Shown here: positions 40,307 through 49,536 of the stretch, piece after piece
Position numbering within the stretch: the stretch's first letter is position 1
Layout of the letters: each line of letters opens with the position of its first letter
Translations under genes and position numbers: made by a program
The notes under the pieces: model-generated
The model's database searches: none
What the model was told of the DNA's origin: nothing
The model's input: only the letters and a program-made list of their open reading frames with translations
NCBI GenBank assembly: GCA_910584635.1
Contig: CAJUBA010000001.1
Coordinates: 108,176 to 172,175 of the forward strand
From: an uncultured Christensenella sp.
GTDB lineage: Bacteria > Bacillota > Clostridia > Christensenellales > UBA3700
Length of the DNA stretch: 64,000 nt
Direction of reading: 5' to 3'

Positions 40307-41077
40307 ATGGAAAAATTATTGCAGACGCTCGAAGCGATTATATTTGCCGCGGGAGTGCCGTTGAAAAGAAGCGAAATTCTCAATAGTTTGCCCGAAGAAG
40401 TAAGCAGAAAACAGTTAAACGACGCTATTGATAAACTTGCGGAGAAATATAGCGGCGACAGCGGAATTGTTCTTGAAGTATTCAACGATAAGATTCAGTT
40501 TGCCTCTAATAGTAAATACGGAGAAATCGTAAGCGATATGCTGCGTCCCGTAAGGGAAAAGGAATTGTCTAAGATATTGCTTGAAGTATTGTCGCTAATA
40601 GCGTATAGACAGCCTATCACCAGAGGCGAAATCGAAGATTCGAGAGGCGCGAGCGCCGATTATGCGTTGAGCGTGCTTTTGAAAATAAATATGATAAAGA
40701 CCTGCGGATTCAAAGATGCGCCCGGTAAACCGTTGCTTTATGGTACGACCGATGAGTTTTTGAAGAAATTTGAAATCACAGGTCTTGATAAATTGCCCGA
40801 TTATGAAGAAGTCATGCGCAGATTGGTCGAATACAGCAACTACAACGTTCAAACAGAGGGTTTGTATAGAGAAAGGGTTATAGGAGATAAATTCGAGGAT
40901 GACGAGGAAACCAAGGCGCTTGACGAAATGCTCGATAGGAGCGTAACGCCGGAATTCTTGGAAGGGGAAGAATATCAGGTAGTAGAAGGTAAAGGCGACG
41001 AATACGAAGAAAGAGAAGTCGCGAGCGACGTGGCGGCGCCGGAAGAGGACGAGGACGGCGGCGAAATTGTCATCTGA
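40307..41077 (+). CDS. scpB: segregation and condensation protein B with an acidic C-terminal extension
   Basis: LEAIIFAAGVPL...LIAYRQPITRGEIEDSRG...GKPLLYGTTDEFLKKF. It is followed by an Asp/Glu-rich tail of about 60 aa. Confidence 0.88.
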   Translation: MEKLLQTLEAIIFAAGVPLKRSEILNSLPEEVSRKQLNDAIDKLAEKYSGDSGIVLEVFNDKIQFASNSKYGEIVSDMLRPVREKELSKILLEVLSLIAYRQPITRGEIEDSRGASADYALSVLLKINMIKTCGFKDAPGKPLLYGTTDEFLKKFEITGLDKLPDYEEVMRRLVEYSNYNVQTEGLYRERVIGDKFEDDEETKALDEMLDRSVTPEFLEGEEYQVVEGKGDEYEEREVASDVAAPEEDEDGGEIVI

Positions 41078-41135
41078 TTAAATTGTATTGATTCCAAACT
41101 TAAATAAATGAGATAAAAATGCGCAACATAACAAT

Positions 41136-41726
41136 ATGTGGCGCATTTATTTGTTATTTTCATTATTATTGACGATATATATCGGATTAGTTATTCTGGC
41201 TTATGGAATAAAAACTACCGTAAGAATTGACGTAAATAATCTAAGTTTGTGTGTAAAGATATTTATATTCGATTGGATTGAAGTTTTTTGTTTCAAGATT
41301 TTTGTCAGCGAACAGCAATTTTATTATCAGATAAATAAGAAAGATATAAAATTATTTGAAAGAAAAGGACAAGATAGAAAAAGTAAAAAGAAAAGTAGAA
41401 AAATTAGGATTTTTTCATATTTATATTACGCAATCGAAAAAGCGCCGAAAATTATTGTTTATAATCCCGTTATAAAATATGGCGCGGAGTTTGAAGAGAT
41501 TAAAAATAAAGCGCTGTTTGACGGGGGAGTTTCGGCTGCCGTATATACTGCTGCGGGAGTATTATACGATAAGTTGGAATTAAAGAATTTGACATTGCAG
41601 AATATCGGCGGTGCAACTTCTCTCAAAGGATTATATTTAGAAGGCGCTTTGAAGTTTTCACTATTAAAAATATTTTTTTATTTCTTACACATAATATCGG
41701 TGAAAAGGCGTTTTCAAACAGCGTAA
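41136..41726 (+). CDS. DUF2953/YtfI-like membrane protein
   Basis: N-terminal TM helix and a Lys-rich segment, immediately upstream of a ytfJ/gerW homologue as in B. subtilis ytfI-ytfJ. The call is largely positional. Confidence 0.4.
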   Translation: MWRIYLLFSLLLTIYIGLVILAYGIKTTVRIDVNNLSLCVKIFIFDWIEVFCFKIFVSEQQFYYQINKKDIKLFERKGQDRKSKKKSRKIRIFSYLYYAIEKAPKIIVYNPVIKYGAEFEEIKNKALFDGGVSAAVYTAAGVLYDKLELKNLTLQNIGGATSLKGLYLEGALKFSLLKIFFYFLHIISVKRRFQTA

Positions 41727-41753
41727 TTTATATTTAAGCAAGGAGAAAATTAT

Positions 41754-42125
41754 ATGGACAATTCGTTACAAGAGATTATGAATAATACACTTGATAATCT
41801 AAGGGGCATTGTACAGAGCGAAGATATGGTATTCAAACCTATTTATCTAGACGATAGGACGATGGCGATTCCTTTGACTAAGGTTTCCGTCGGTTTTGTA
41901 AGCGGAGGAGGCGGAGGAGAGAGTAATAAATTCGCCGACAATAAAAGCGACAAACTTCAACCTTACGCAGGGGGCGGAGGAGGCGGAATCTCGCTCTCTC
42001 CGATGGGTTTTTTAGTGTTTTACGACAACCAGCCAACCTTGGTAAAAGTAGATGAGAAAAGCGGCGAAGGTAAATGGAAAGATTTGATTTCCGCAACAAT
42101 AAACTTAGTAAAGGATAAAAAATAA
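41754..42125 (+). CDS. gerW: sporulation protein YtfJ/GerW family
   Basis: PLTKVSVGFVSGGGGGE...GGGGGGISLSPMGFLV: two glycine runs in a 123-aa protein, characteristic of YtfJ/GerW. Confidence 0.8.
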   Translation: MDNSLQEIMNNTLDNLRGIVQSEDMVFKPIYLDDRTMAIPLTKVSVGFVSGGGGGESNKFADNKSDKLQPYAGGGGGGISLSPMGFLVFYDNQPTLVKVDEKSGEGKWKDLISATINLVKDKK

Positions 42126-43417
42126 TGGGTAAATACTTCTCAATTAAATCGATTAGTAAAATAATAGCGGTAATTTTAGCCATAATTATGCTAAATTTTG
42201 TGTTAATTCAATTAAATGCCGTAATTGAGGATAATTCAGTGCTTTCAAGCGCAGACGGCTCGCTAAAAAAGACGTTTCCTTCTAATAATCAAGAAATTGA
42301 CAACGTTGAAGCGAGCGCAAATAAATCTTCGTCGTCCGTCGTTATCGAAGAATCGACGTTAAGAGTTTTGGGCGGATTTAACAAAGACATGAGATTGGAA
42401 ATGGCAAGCACTACGAAAATCATGACGGCATTGGTTGCTATTGAAAACGGAGAGTTGGACAAGAAGATAACCGTTGCGGACGAAGCGGTAGGAGTAGAGG
42501 GTTCTTCGATATATTTGAAGTATGATGAAATATGGACAATTCGGGATTTGCTTTACGGATTGATGTTGAGAAGCGGTAACGATTCCGCGGTTGCGCTTGC
42601 CGTAGCGATTGGCGGTAGCGTAGATAATTTTGTTAAGATGATGAATGACAAAGCGGATAGTTTGGGACTTAAAAATACTCATTTTGAGAATCCCAACGGT
42701 TTGCACGGAGATAACCATTACACTTCTGCTTACGATCTTGCGGTCATATCCGCGTTTGCAATGAGAAACGAAGATTTTAAGAAAATCGTAGGAACGAAAA
42801 TGTATACGGTCGAAGGAAATGAAACTCATCCGACGTATTATTTCGCAAATAAGAATAAAATGCTTGCTCTTTACGAGGGCGCTAACGGAATCAAAACGGG
42901 ATATACCAAAGATTCGGGAAGATGTCTTGTAAGTTCCGCCGAGCGAAACGGAATGCAACTTATAAGCGTAGTTTTGAATATTTACGACACGTACGGTACA
43001 TGTTCGGCGGGAATGGATAAAGCGTTCGAGGAATATATTCCCGTAGAAATAGGTCGGAAAGGCGATATTTTAGAGTCTATAAAGGTGGGACAAGAAAACT
43101 ATGAAATCGCGTTGGAAAACACTTTGGTTTTACCTCTTAAAAACGGCGAAAATTTGGGATTGAGTTGCAAATTCAATATCGGCGATAAGTTTAATTTACC
43201 GTTGGAAAGCGGGAGCGCGATAGGAAAATTGGAGTTTTATGACGATAATCGATTGCTTTTTAGCGCAAATATTGTTAATATAGATAAGATTAACGATTTA
43301 GGAGTTTTGCGCAAACTTTCCGCCTATGTGGGCGACTGGCGCGTAAGTTATACTGATGGAAAGACTGAACAAATATTTAGCGTCTACGGGGGCGGCGTCG
43401 AGAAGGAGCGCGGATAA
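42125..43417 (+). CDS. serine-type D-Ala-D-Ala carboxypeptidase (S11; DacB-like)
   Basis: N-terminal anchor plus STTK (SxxK), SGND (SxN) and KTGYT motifs. Confidence 0.88.
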   Translation: MGKYFSIKSISKIIAVILAIIMLNFVLIQLNAVIEDNSVLSSADGSLKKTFPSNNQEIDNVEASANKSSSSVVIEESTLRVLGGFNKDMRLEMASTTKIMTALVAIENGELDKKITVADEAVGVEGSSIYLKYDEIWTIRDLLYGLMLRSGNDSAVALAVAIGGSVDNFVKMMNDKADSLGLKNTHFENPNGLHGDNHYTSAYDLAVISAFAMRNEDFKKIVGTKMYTVEGNETHPTYYFANKNKMLALYEGANGIKTGYTKDSGRCLVSSAERNGMQLISVVLNIYDTYGTCSAGMDKAFEEYIPVEIGRKGDILESIKVGQENYEIALENTLVLPLKNGENLGLSCKFNIGDKFNLPLESGSAIGKLEFYDDNRLLFSANIVNIDKINDLGVLRKLSAYVGDWRVSYTDGKTEQIFSVYGGGVEKERG

Positions 43418-44069
43418 ACTGATTTCCCAAGGTAGAGTTCGCGTTAACGGAAAAACCGTTACGGAATTGGGCGTAAGCGTGAATGAGAAAAACGATACCG
43501 TAATGGTGGACGATATTATAGTAAGACCTGTTTCTGATTATTCTTATTTAATGTTTTATAAGCCGAAGGGTTGTATCACTACCGCAAGCGATGAAAAGGG
43601 TAGAAAAACCATTTATGATTATCTGTCCGATCTCAATATCCCGCATTTGATTTCCGTTGGCAGACTGGATTACGATACCGAAGGTATGCTTTTGCTGACG
43701 AACGACGGGGAATTGGCTCATAAACTTACGCATCCGAGTTTTGAAGTTCCTAAAACCTATTCCGTGAAAGTAAAAGGCGAGATGCCTGAACATAAACTTG
43801 CTCAACTAAGAAAAGGCGTTTTGGTAGACGGAGAACTGACAAAAAGATGTAAAGTTAAACTTTTGGAATACAAAGACGGCGAATCGAAATTGAATATTAC
43901 AATCACAGAGGGTAAAAACCGTCAGGTCAGGAAGATGTTTGAAGCGGTAGAGAGGGAAGTGATTTTTCTTAAAAGGATCGCAGTCGGCGAGTTGAGATTG
44001 GGAGGTCTTTCAAGGGGCGGTTACAGGTATCTTAACGAAGACGAAATATATTATTTGAAACGTATTTAA
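43356..44069 (+). CDS. rluB: pseudouridine synthase, RsuA/RluB family
   Basis: S4 domain (MERLNKYLASTGAASRRSADKLI..GRV.VNG) and the catalytic motif GRLDYDTEGMLLLTNDG. The first 62 nt overlap the preceding dac ORF. Confidence 0.88.
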   Translation: MERLNKYLASTGAASRRSADKLISQGRVRVNGKTVTELGVSVNEKNDTVMVDDIIVRPVSDYSYLMFYKPKGCITTASDEKGRKTIYDYLSDLNIPHLISVGRLDYDTEGMLLLTNDGELAHKLTHPSFEVPKTYSVKVKGEMPEHKLAQLRKGVLVDGELTKRCKVKLLEYKDGESKLNITITEGKNRQVRKMFEAVEREVIFLKRIAVGELRLGGLSRGGYRYLNEDEIYYLKRI

Positions 44070-44074
44070 CGCAA

Positions 44075-44106
44075 AGCGCTCTGATTTTTTTCAGGGCGCT
44101 TTTTTG
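44075..44106 (+). terminator. intrinsic terminator after rluB
   Basis: AGCGCTCTGA TTTTTT TCAGGGCGCT followed by TTTTTTG. Confidence 0.8.
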
Positions 44107-44175
44107 TATTTTTATAATTAAATATTTATTATAAAATATTTTATCATATTTATTGATTTTTTTGCTTTAATTTGC

Positions 44176-44204
44176 TTGCAAAAAAAATCGTTTGCAAATA
44201 TAAT
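44176..44204 (+). promoter_or_regulatory. sigma-A-type promoter of the decarboxylase operon
   Basis: TTGCAA at 44176-44181, a 17-nt spacer, then TATAAT at 44199-44204. Confidence 0.6.
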
Positions 44205-44306
44205 AGTTATGATTGTGAATTTGAGAGGAAATTTTTCAAAAATTTCTTATATAAACAATATATAGTAATTAAATTCATTTATATACACAACATTTTGGAG
44301 GTTTTT

Positions 44307-45785
44307 ATGGAGAACAAAACACTCTTGGCAAGCGTTAAGGCTTTGGACAAGGCTACATCCGACATAAAAGCGTTTTTGGAAAACATTGTGGACGAAGAAA
44401 GTTTCGTTGAAACGGACGTTTTCTTGACGGGTAAAAGTTTTGACAGCGCTGACGAAGCGCTTGGCGAAGGCGTTGTAACCGGTTACGCTACTATGGGCGG
44501 AAATCCCGTTCACATTTTTGCGCAGAACGCAAACGTGCTTAAAGGTAGTTTGAGCGACGCTCATGCAAACAAGATTTATAAATGTATGCAAAGAGCGATT
44601 AAATCCGGCACGCCGTTGATTTCCGTTATCGACAGTTGCGGCGCCAGAGTAGGCGAAGGCGCAAGCGTTATGGAAGGTTATGCAAAACTTATCGCGGGTA
44701 GTTTTCAACTTTCGGACGAAGTCCCGCATATCTGTATAATTAAAGGCGTAGCGGTTGGTATGATGGCTACATTTGCGGCTAGCGCGGATTTTGTATTTAT
44801 GTCGAAAGACGCAATAATGTCGGTAAATTCTCCCATGTATCTTGTCTCCGACGCAAAATCTTTCCCGGTAGATTACAAGGCGCAATTGGGATATAAGGCG
44901 TACGAAGGCGAAAGCGACGTTGCTCAGTTTGTATTCAACGACGCTAAAGATCTCGCTCAGAAGTTGCAGAAACTTACTTCTACGTTGCTTAGCGACGAAG
45001 GCGAGCCGTCGGACGATCCCAACAGAGTCGATCCTAAACTTGAAAAAATCAATTCTGCAAAAGAAAGAACGACTTCCGTATGCGACAAAAACAGCGTTAT
45101 CGAATACTGTCCTACTTACGCTAAAGAGGTTGTTTGTTCGTTTGCAAAACTCAACGGACTTTCCGTCGGCGTTATAGCGACCGAAGGGGACTATATATCT
45201 GTCAAAGGTTTGGAAAAGGCAACATCGTTTGTAGAAAAACTCGAAGCGTACAACATCCCGCTTATTACATTGGTGGATTCGCTTGGCGTGGATTCTTCGC
45301 TTAAAGAAGAGATTGCCGGATTTGCAAAGAAGACAAGCGCTTTGATGAAGGCTATTTCGTTGAGTACCGTTCCAAAGATAGGGGTTGCGGTAGGCAATGC
45401 GGTTGGCTACGCGTATAGCGCTCTTATGAGCAAGGCTATAGGTTTTGATTACACTTTGGCTACTAGCGGCGCGGTAATCGCTCCCGTTGGTATGGATGTT
45501 AGCAAAGTAATAGCGGCAGATCAGATAAAGGAAGTAGGAAAGAAGGCCAAAGAAGCGAGCGAAAAAACCGATATAGATGCAAACGCTTTGGAAAAGGCTA
45601 TGAAGTATTTCGAAAAGGTAATGTCCAAAGTCGAAATAAAGGGTAAGAGCGTGGAAGAGGCTTATGCAGAGATGCAAAGCAATCCCCTTATTGCCGCAAA
45701 AGACGGTTATATCGACAATGTTATCGAGGCTACGAATCTCAGACCGTATATCTCATCGGCGTTGCTGATGGTACTCGGTCTATAA
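44307..45785 (+). CDS. acyl-CoA-type carboxyltransferase (methylmalonyl-CoA decarboxylase alpha / transcarboxylase 12S family)
   Basis: The ATG at 44307 behind GGAGG is preferred; the ORF-track start at 44172 lies in promoter DNA. GEGVVTGYATMGGNPVHIFAQN...SVIDSCGARVGEG resembles the carboxyl-transferase N-domain signature. 492 aa. Confidence 0.8.
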   Translation: MENKTLLASVKALDKATSDIKAFLENIVDEESFVETDVFLTGKSFDSADEALGEGVVTGYATMGGNPVHIFAQNANVLKGSLSDAHANKIYKCMQRAIKSGTPLISVIDSCGARVGEGASVMEGYAKLIAGSFQLSDEVPHICIIKGVAVGMMATFAASADFVFMSKDAIMSVNSPMYLVSDAKSFPVDYKAQLGYKAYEGESDVAQFVFNDAKDLAQKLQKLTSTLLSDEGEPSDDPNRVDPKLEKINSAKERTTSVCDKNSVIEYCPTYAKEVVCSFAKLNGLSVGVIATEGDYISVKGLEKATSFVEKLEAYNIPLITLVDSLGVDSSLKEEIAGFAKKTSALMKAISLSTVPKIGVAVGNAVGYAYSALMSKAIGFDYTLATSGAVIAPVGMDVSKVIAADQIKEVGKKAKEASEKTDIDANALEKAMKYFEKVMSKVEIKGKSVEEAYAEMQSNPLIAAKDGYIDNVIEATNLRPYISSALLMVLGL

Positions 45786-45798
45786 TCGAGGTGAGGTA

Positions 45799-46269
45799 AT
45801 GAAGAAGGAAATCTCAAAGAAAAAATTGATACGTACTATCATTATATGCGTTGTGTTCGCGGCGTTGTTGGCGGGACTCATATATTTGATGGTATCCGAT
45901 CAGGATTACGGTTCGCCCGACAGATTGGAAATAGGAAGCCAGAGTTTCGGACAACGTTTGTGGATTGGTCTGCAAGTAGCGTTTTTGGGATTGGCAACCG
46001 TATTTTTGATGTTGATTTTGTTGATTCTTGCCGTGAATATAATAAAACTTATATTCATGGGATTTGCTCAACTTAAAGAAAATCGCAAGAATAAAACAAA
46101 AGTGCAGCCAGCGGTTGAAACCCGGTCGGTATCAAATTCTGTAGAAGTAAGCGACGACGATGAAATAGTAGTTGCGATAACGGCGGCTTTGACGGCTTAT
46201 TACGACGCTCAAGAAGTGGAGTATAAGTCTAATCTTAAATTCAAAGTTCGTTCAATTAAAGAAATTTAA
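45799..46269 (+). CDS. OadG/MmdD-like small membrane subunit of a Na+-translocating decarboxylase
   Basis: Two hydrophobic helices, including GLQVAFLGLATVFLMLILLILAV, and a C-terminal DDDEIVVAITAAL segment, as in OadG-family subunits. Confidence 0.65.
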   Translation: MKKEISKKKLIRTIIICVVFAALLAGLIYLMVSDQDYGSPDRLEIGSQSFGQRLWIGLQVAFLGLATVFLMLILLILAVNIIKLIFMGFAQLKENRKNKTKVQPAVETRSVSNSVEVSDDDEIVVAITAALTAYYDAQEVEYKSNLKFKVRSIKEI

Positions 46270-46301
46270 TCAAATCCAAATAAAGATAGGAGAAAAATAT
46301 T

Positions 46302-46661
46302 ATGCGTAAATTTAACATCAATGTAAACGGTAAAGCGTATGCGGTCGAAGTAGAGGAAGTTCTCGACGGCGGTCAAGTAGTAGTATCCGCGCCAAAGGCT
46401 GCGGTTGCTCCCACTCCGAAAGCGGCAGTAAGCGCTCCTGTGGCAGGAAACGGCGAACCGGTAAATGCTCCGATGCCCGGTCTTGTAAAGAAACTTGCTT
46501 TTGCAAACGGCGCTACTGTAAAGAAAGGAGATACTATCATAATTCTCGAAGCAATGAAGATGGATACTCCCGTATCCGCTCCGAAAGACGGCGTAATCAC
46601 TTATTCCACATCCGAAGGCACAAACGTTGATACGGGCGCGGTTCTTTGCACTATTGCATAA
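46302..46661 (+). CDS. biotin carboxyl carrier protein (1.3S/MmdC-like)
   Basis: 119 aa with an Ala/Pro-rich linker and the biotinylation motif EAMKMDT. Confidence 0.9.
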   Translation: MRKFNINVNGKAYAVEVEEVLDGGQVVVSAPKAAVAPTPKAAVSAPVAGNGEPVNAPMPGLVKKLAFANGATVKKGDTIIILEAMKMDTPVSAPKDGVITYSTSEGTNVDTGAVLCTIA

Positions 46662-46684
46662 TCGTTTAAGATATTGGAGGCAAA

Positions 46685-48085
46685 ATGTTTAGCATAATTA
46701 CTACGCTGCAATCGGGTTTAATGACTGATTCGATTAAAAACTTGTGGCTTAGCACCGGCTTTATGACAAGCCTGACGCCGATATGGCAAAACCTGATAAT
46801 GATGGTTATAGCCTGCGTTTTGATTTATCTTGCCGTCGCTAAGGAGTTTGAACCGAATTTGTTGCTTGCTATCGGTTTCGGCATGTTTATAATCAATATT
46901 CCGGGCGCATACAACGTGTTGTACGGAACACCCGGTTATACGTTTACGGGTCCGGTGGAAGTCGACGGACAAATGATAAATCAAGTTTTAATGTACGAGG
47001 GACAAAAATTGTCCGGTACAATAACTGAACTTTCTCAGATTTTAGGTCTAAACTTCAAAGAGGGTACCAGTCTTGCTTCGCAGTTAGGCTCAATAGAGGA
47101 GACTATTCGCGACATCTTCCCGGATATTCAAAATAAAATCGTAATATCTCACGAAGCGGTATCCGATCAAGGTTTGTTTTTCTACCTGTATAAAGGCGTT
47201 GAATGGGTTATTTATCCGCCGTTGATTTTCTTGGGAATAGGCGCAATGACCGATTTCGGTCCGTTGATTGCGAATCCGAAATCGTTGATAATGGGCGCAG
47301 CCGCGCAGTTGGGTATATTCGTAACGTTTATAATCGCTATAAATATCGGATTTACAGGCGAAGAAGCGGCCGCTACAGGTATTATCGGCGGAGCGGACGG
47401 ACCTACGGCGATTTATGTTACGGTAAAACTTGCCGCTCATTTGTTGCCCGCTATTTCTGTCGCCGCGTATTCGTATATGGCTTTGATAAAGGTTATTCAG
47501 CCGCCTATTATGAAACTTATGACGACGAAGAAAGAAAGAGGTATCGTTATGGAACAACTTCGTCCCGTTTCCAAGACGGAGAAAATTGTCTTCCCGATAG
47601 CGGTTACAGGTATAGTCGGAATGATTTTGCCGTCTGCAATACCGCTTTTGGGTATGTTGATGTTAGGAAACCTTATGAAAGAGTCCGAAGTCGTTCCAAG
47701 ACTCACGAATACGGCTAAAAACGAACTTATAAATATTATTACGATAATTCTTGGCGTAATAGTAGGTAGTAAGGCTACGGCGGACGTATTCCTTAACACA
47801 AAAACATTGTTGATTATCCTTATAGGCGTATTTGCGTTTGCATTCGGAACTACAGGCGGTCTTCTTATCGGAAAACTCATGTCCAAACTTTCGAAGGGCA
47901 AAATCAATCCGCTTATCGGATCAGCGGGCGTATCCGCAGTTCCTATGGCGGCAAGAATTTCGCACATGGTAGGACAGGAAGAAAATCCGAGCAACTATTT
48001 GCTTATGCACGCAATGGGACCGAACGTTGCCGGAGTTATTGGCTCGGCGGTTGCGGCAGGCGTTTTGCTTGCAATCTTCGGTTGA
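46685..48085 (+). CDS. Na+-translocating decarboxylase beta subunit (OadB/MmdB/GcdB family)
   Basis: FEPNLLLAIGFG, GAMTDFGPLIANP, GIIGGADGPTAIY, YSYMALIKVIQPPIMKLMTTKKER, PLIGSAGVSAVPMAAR and LMHAMGPNVAGVIGSAVAAG all closely match my recollection of OadB. Confidence 0.92.
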   Translation: MFSIITTLQSGLMTDSIKNLWLSTGFMTSLTPIWQNLIMMVIACVLIYLAVAKEFEPNLLLAIGFGMFIINIPGAYNVLYGTPGYTFTGPVEVDGQMINQVLMYEGQKLSGTITELSQILGLNFKEGTSLASQLGSIEETIRDIFPDIQNKIVISHEAVSDQGLFFYLYKGVEWVIYPPLIFLGIGAMTDFGPLIANPKSLIMGAAAQLGIFVTFIIAINIGFTGEEAAATGIIGGADGPTAIYVTVKLAAHLLPAISVAAYSYMALIKVIQPPIMKLMTTKKERGIVMEQLRPVSKTEKIVFPIAVTGIVGMILPSAIPLLGMLMLGNLMKESEVVPRLTNTAKNELINIITIILGVIVGSKATADVFLNTKTLLIILIGVFAFAFGTTGGLLIGKLMSKLSKGKINPLIGSAGVSAVPMAARISHMVGQEENPSNYLLMHAMGPNVAGVIGSAVAAGVLLAIFG

Positions 48086-48122
48086 TCGAAGACACTATCT
48101 TAATTAAGAGAGGTATAAATTT

Positions 48123-49520
48123 ATGGTAATGATTACAGAAACAATATTGCGCGACGCTCATCAATCTCAGGCCGCTACGAGAATGAGACTTGACGAGATG
48201 CTTCCGATGTGCGAAAAGTTGGACAACGCGGGTTATTATTCGATAGAATGTTGGGGAGGAGCGACTTTTGACTCTTGTCTTAGATTTCTTAACGAAGATC
48301 CGTGGGAGAGATTGCGCGCTTTGAAAAAGGCTATGCCTAAGACTAAGTTGCAAATGCTTTTCAGAGGACAGAATATTTTGGGATATAAGCACTACGCGGA
48401 TGACGTCGTAGATCAGTTTGTCAAAAAGACTATCGAAAACGGTTGCGATATACTTCGTATATTCGACGCTTTGAACGATCCCAGAAATATGGAGCAGGCA
48501 ATTAAGAGTTGTAAAAAGTACGGAGGTATATGCGAGGCTACGATTTCTTACACGACGAGTCCGGTACATACCAACGAATACTTTATAAAACTTGCGAAAA
48601 CCCTTGAAGACATGGGCGCGGATAATATCTGTATAAAAGACATGGCGGGTATTTTGTTGCCTTACGTCGCTTACGATTTGGTAAAAGGCATGAAAGCAGT
48701 GCTTAAACCGCAAACTAAAATACACCTCCACACGCACCAAACGGCAGGTACGGGTAACCAAACCTATTTGAAGGCTATTGAAGCGGGCGTAGATATAATC
48801 GACTGCGCGTTGAGCGCTCTGGGTAACGGTACTTCTCAGCCTGCAACCGAGCCTATGGTCGCTATTCTCAAAGGAACGGAGTACGATACCGGACTTGACG
48901 TGGCTTACCTCAATGAGATATCCAATCATTTCAAAAAGGTTGCAGACAGATTGAAAGCGGACGGATGGCTTACCGATAAATCATTGGCTACAGACGTAAA
49001 CGCTTTGATATATCAAGTACCTGGCGGAATGCTTTCCAACCTTGTAGGACAGTTGAAAAAAGCCAACGCTTTGGATAAATACGACCAAGTATTGGCGGAA
49101 GTTCCCAACGTTAGAAAAGATTTGGGATATCCTCCTCTTGTAACTCCGACAAGCCAAATTGTCGGCACGCAAGCGGTGTTCAACGTTCTCGCAGGAGAGA
49201 GATATAAAATGGTTTCGGCAGAAACGAAAGGCGTATTAAAGGGTGAGTACGGTCAACTTCCTGCTGAGCCTAACCCCGAAGTTATTTCAAAGGTTTTGGG
49301 CGACGCCGAAAGAATTACTTGCAGACCCGCTGATCTTTTGAAGCCTGAACTTGAAAAGTATCGTGAAGAAATCAAAGAATATATCGAGCAAGAAGAAGAC
49401 GTTCTTTCTTACGCGCTCTTCCCGCAAGTTGCTCTCAACTTCTTTAAGTACCGTCAAGCAAATAAAAAACGCGTTGACAGAGAAGTCGGAGATACCGTAT
49501 CGGGAATTCAGCCTGTATAA
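48123..49520 (+). CDS. oxaloacetate decarboxylase alpha / pyruvate carboxyltransferase (5S-like) subunit lacking a biotinyl domain
   Basis: The N-terminus ITETILRDAHQSQAATRMRLDEM...ECWGGATFD belongs to the HMGL-like TIM-barrel carboxyltransferase family. HLHTHQTAGTG is present. The protein ends at 465 aa with no AMKM motif. Confidence 0.88.
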   Translation: MVMITETILRDAHQSQAATRMRLDEMLPMCEKLDNAGYYSIECWGGATFDSCLRFLNEDPWERLRALKKAMPKTKLQMLFRGQNILGYKHYADDVVDQFVKKTIENGCDILRIFDALNDPRNMEQAIKSCKKYGGICEATISYTTSPVHTNEYFIKLAKTLEDMGADNICIKDMAGILLPYVAYDLVKGMKAVLKPQTKIHLHTHQTAGTGNQTYLKAIEAGVDIIDCALSALGNGTSQPATEPMVAILKGTEYDTGLDVAYLNEISNHFKKVADRLKADGWLTDKSLATDVNALIYQVPGGMLSNLVGQLKKANALDKYDQVLAEVPNVRKDLGYPPLVTPTSQIVGTQAVFNVLAGERYKMVSAETKGVLKGEYGQLPAEPNPEVISKVLGDAERITCRPADLLKPELEKYREEIKEYIEQEEDVLSYALFPQVALNFFKYRQANKKRVDREVGDTVSGIQPV

Positions 49521-49536
49521 TGATAATTAAATAATA

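Noticed and set aside
44172-44306. A 45-codon N-terminal extension of the carboxyltransferase ORF in the track (MLAKKIVCKYNSYDCEF...).
   Set aside because: The extension overlaps the TTGCAA-17-TATAAT promoter and very AT-rich DNA. A GGAGG SD precedes the ATG at 44307, and family similarity begins there.
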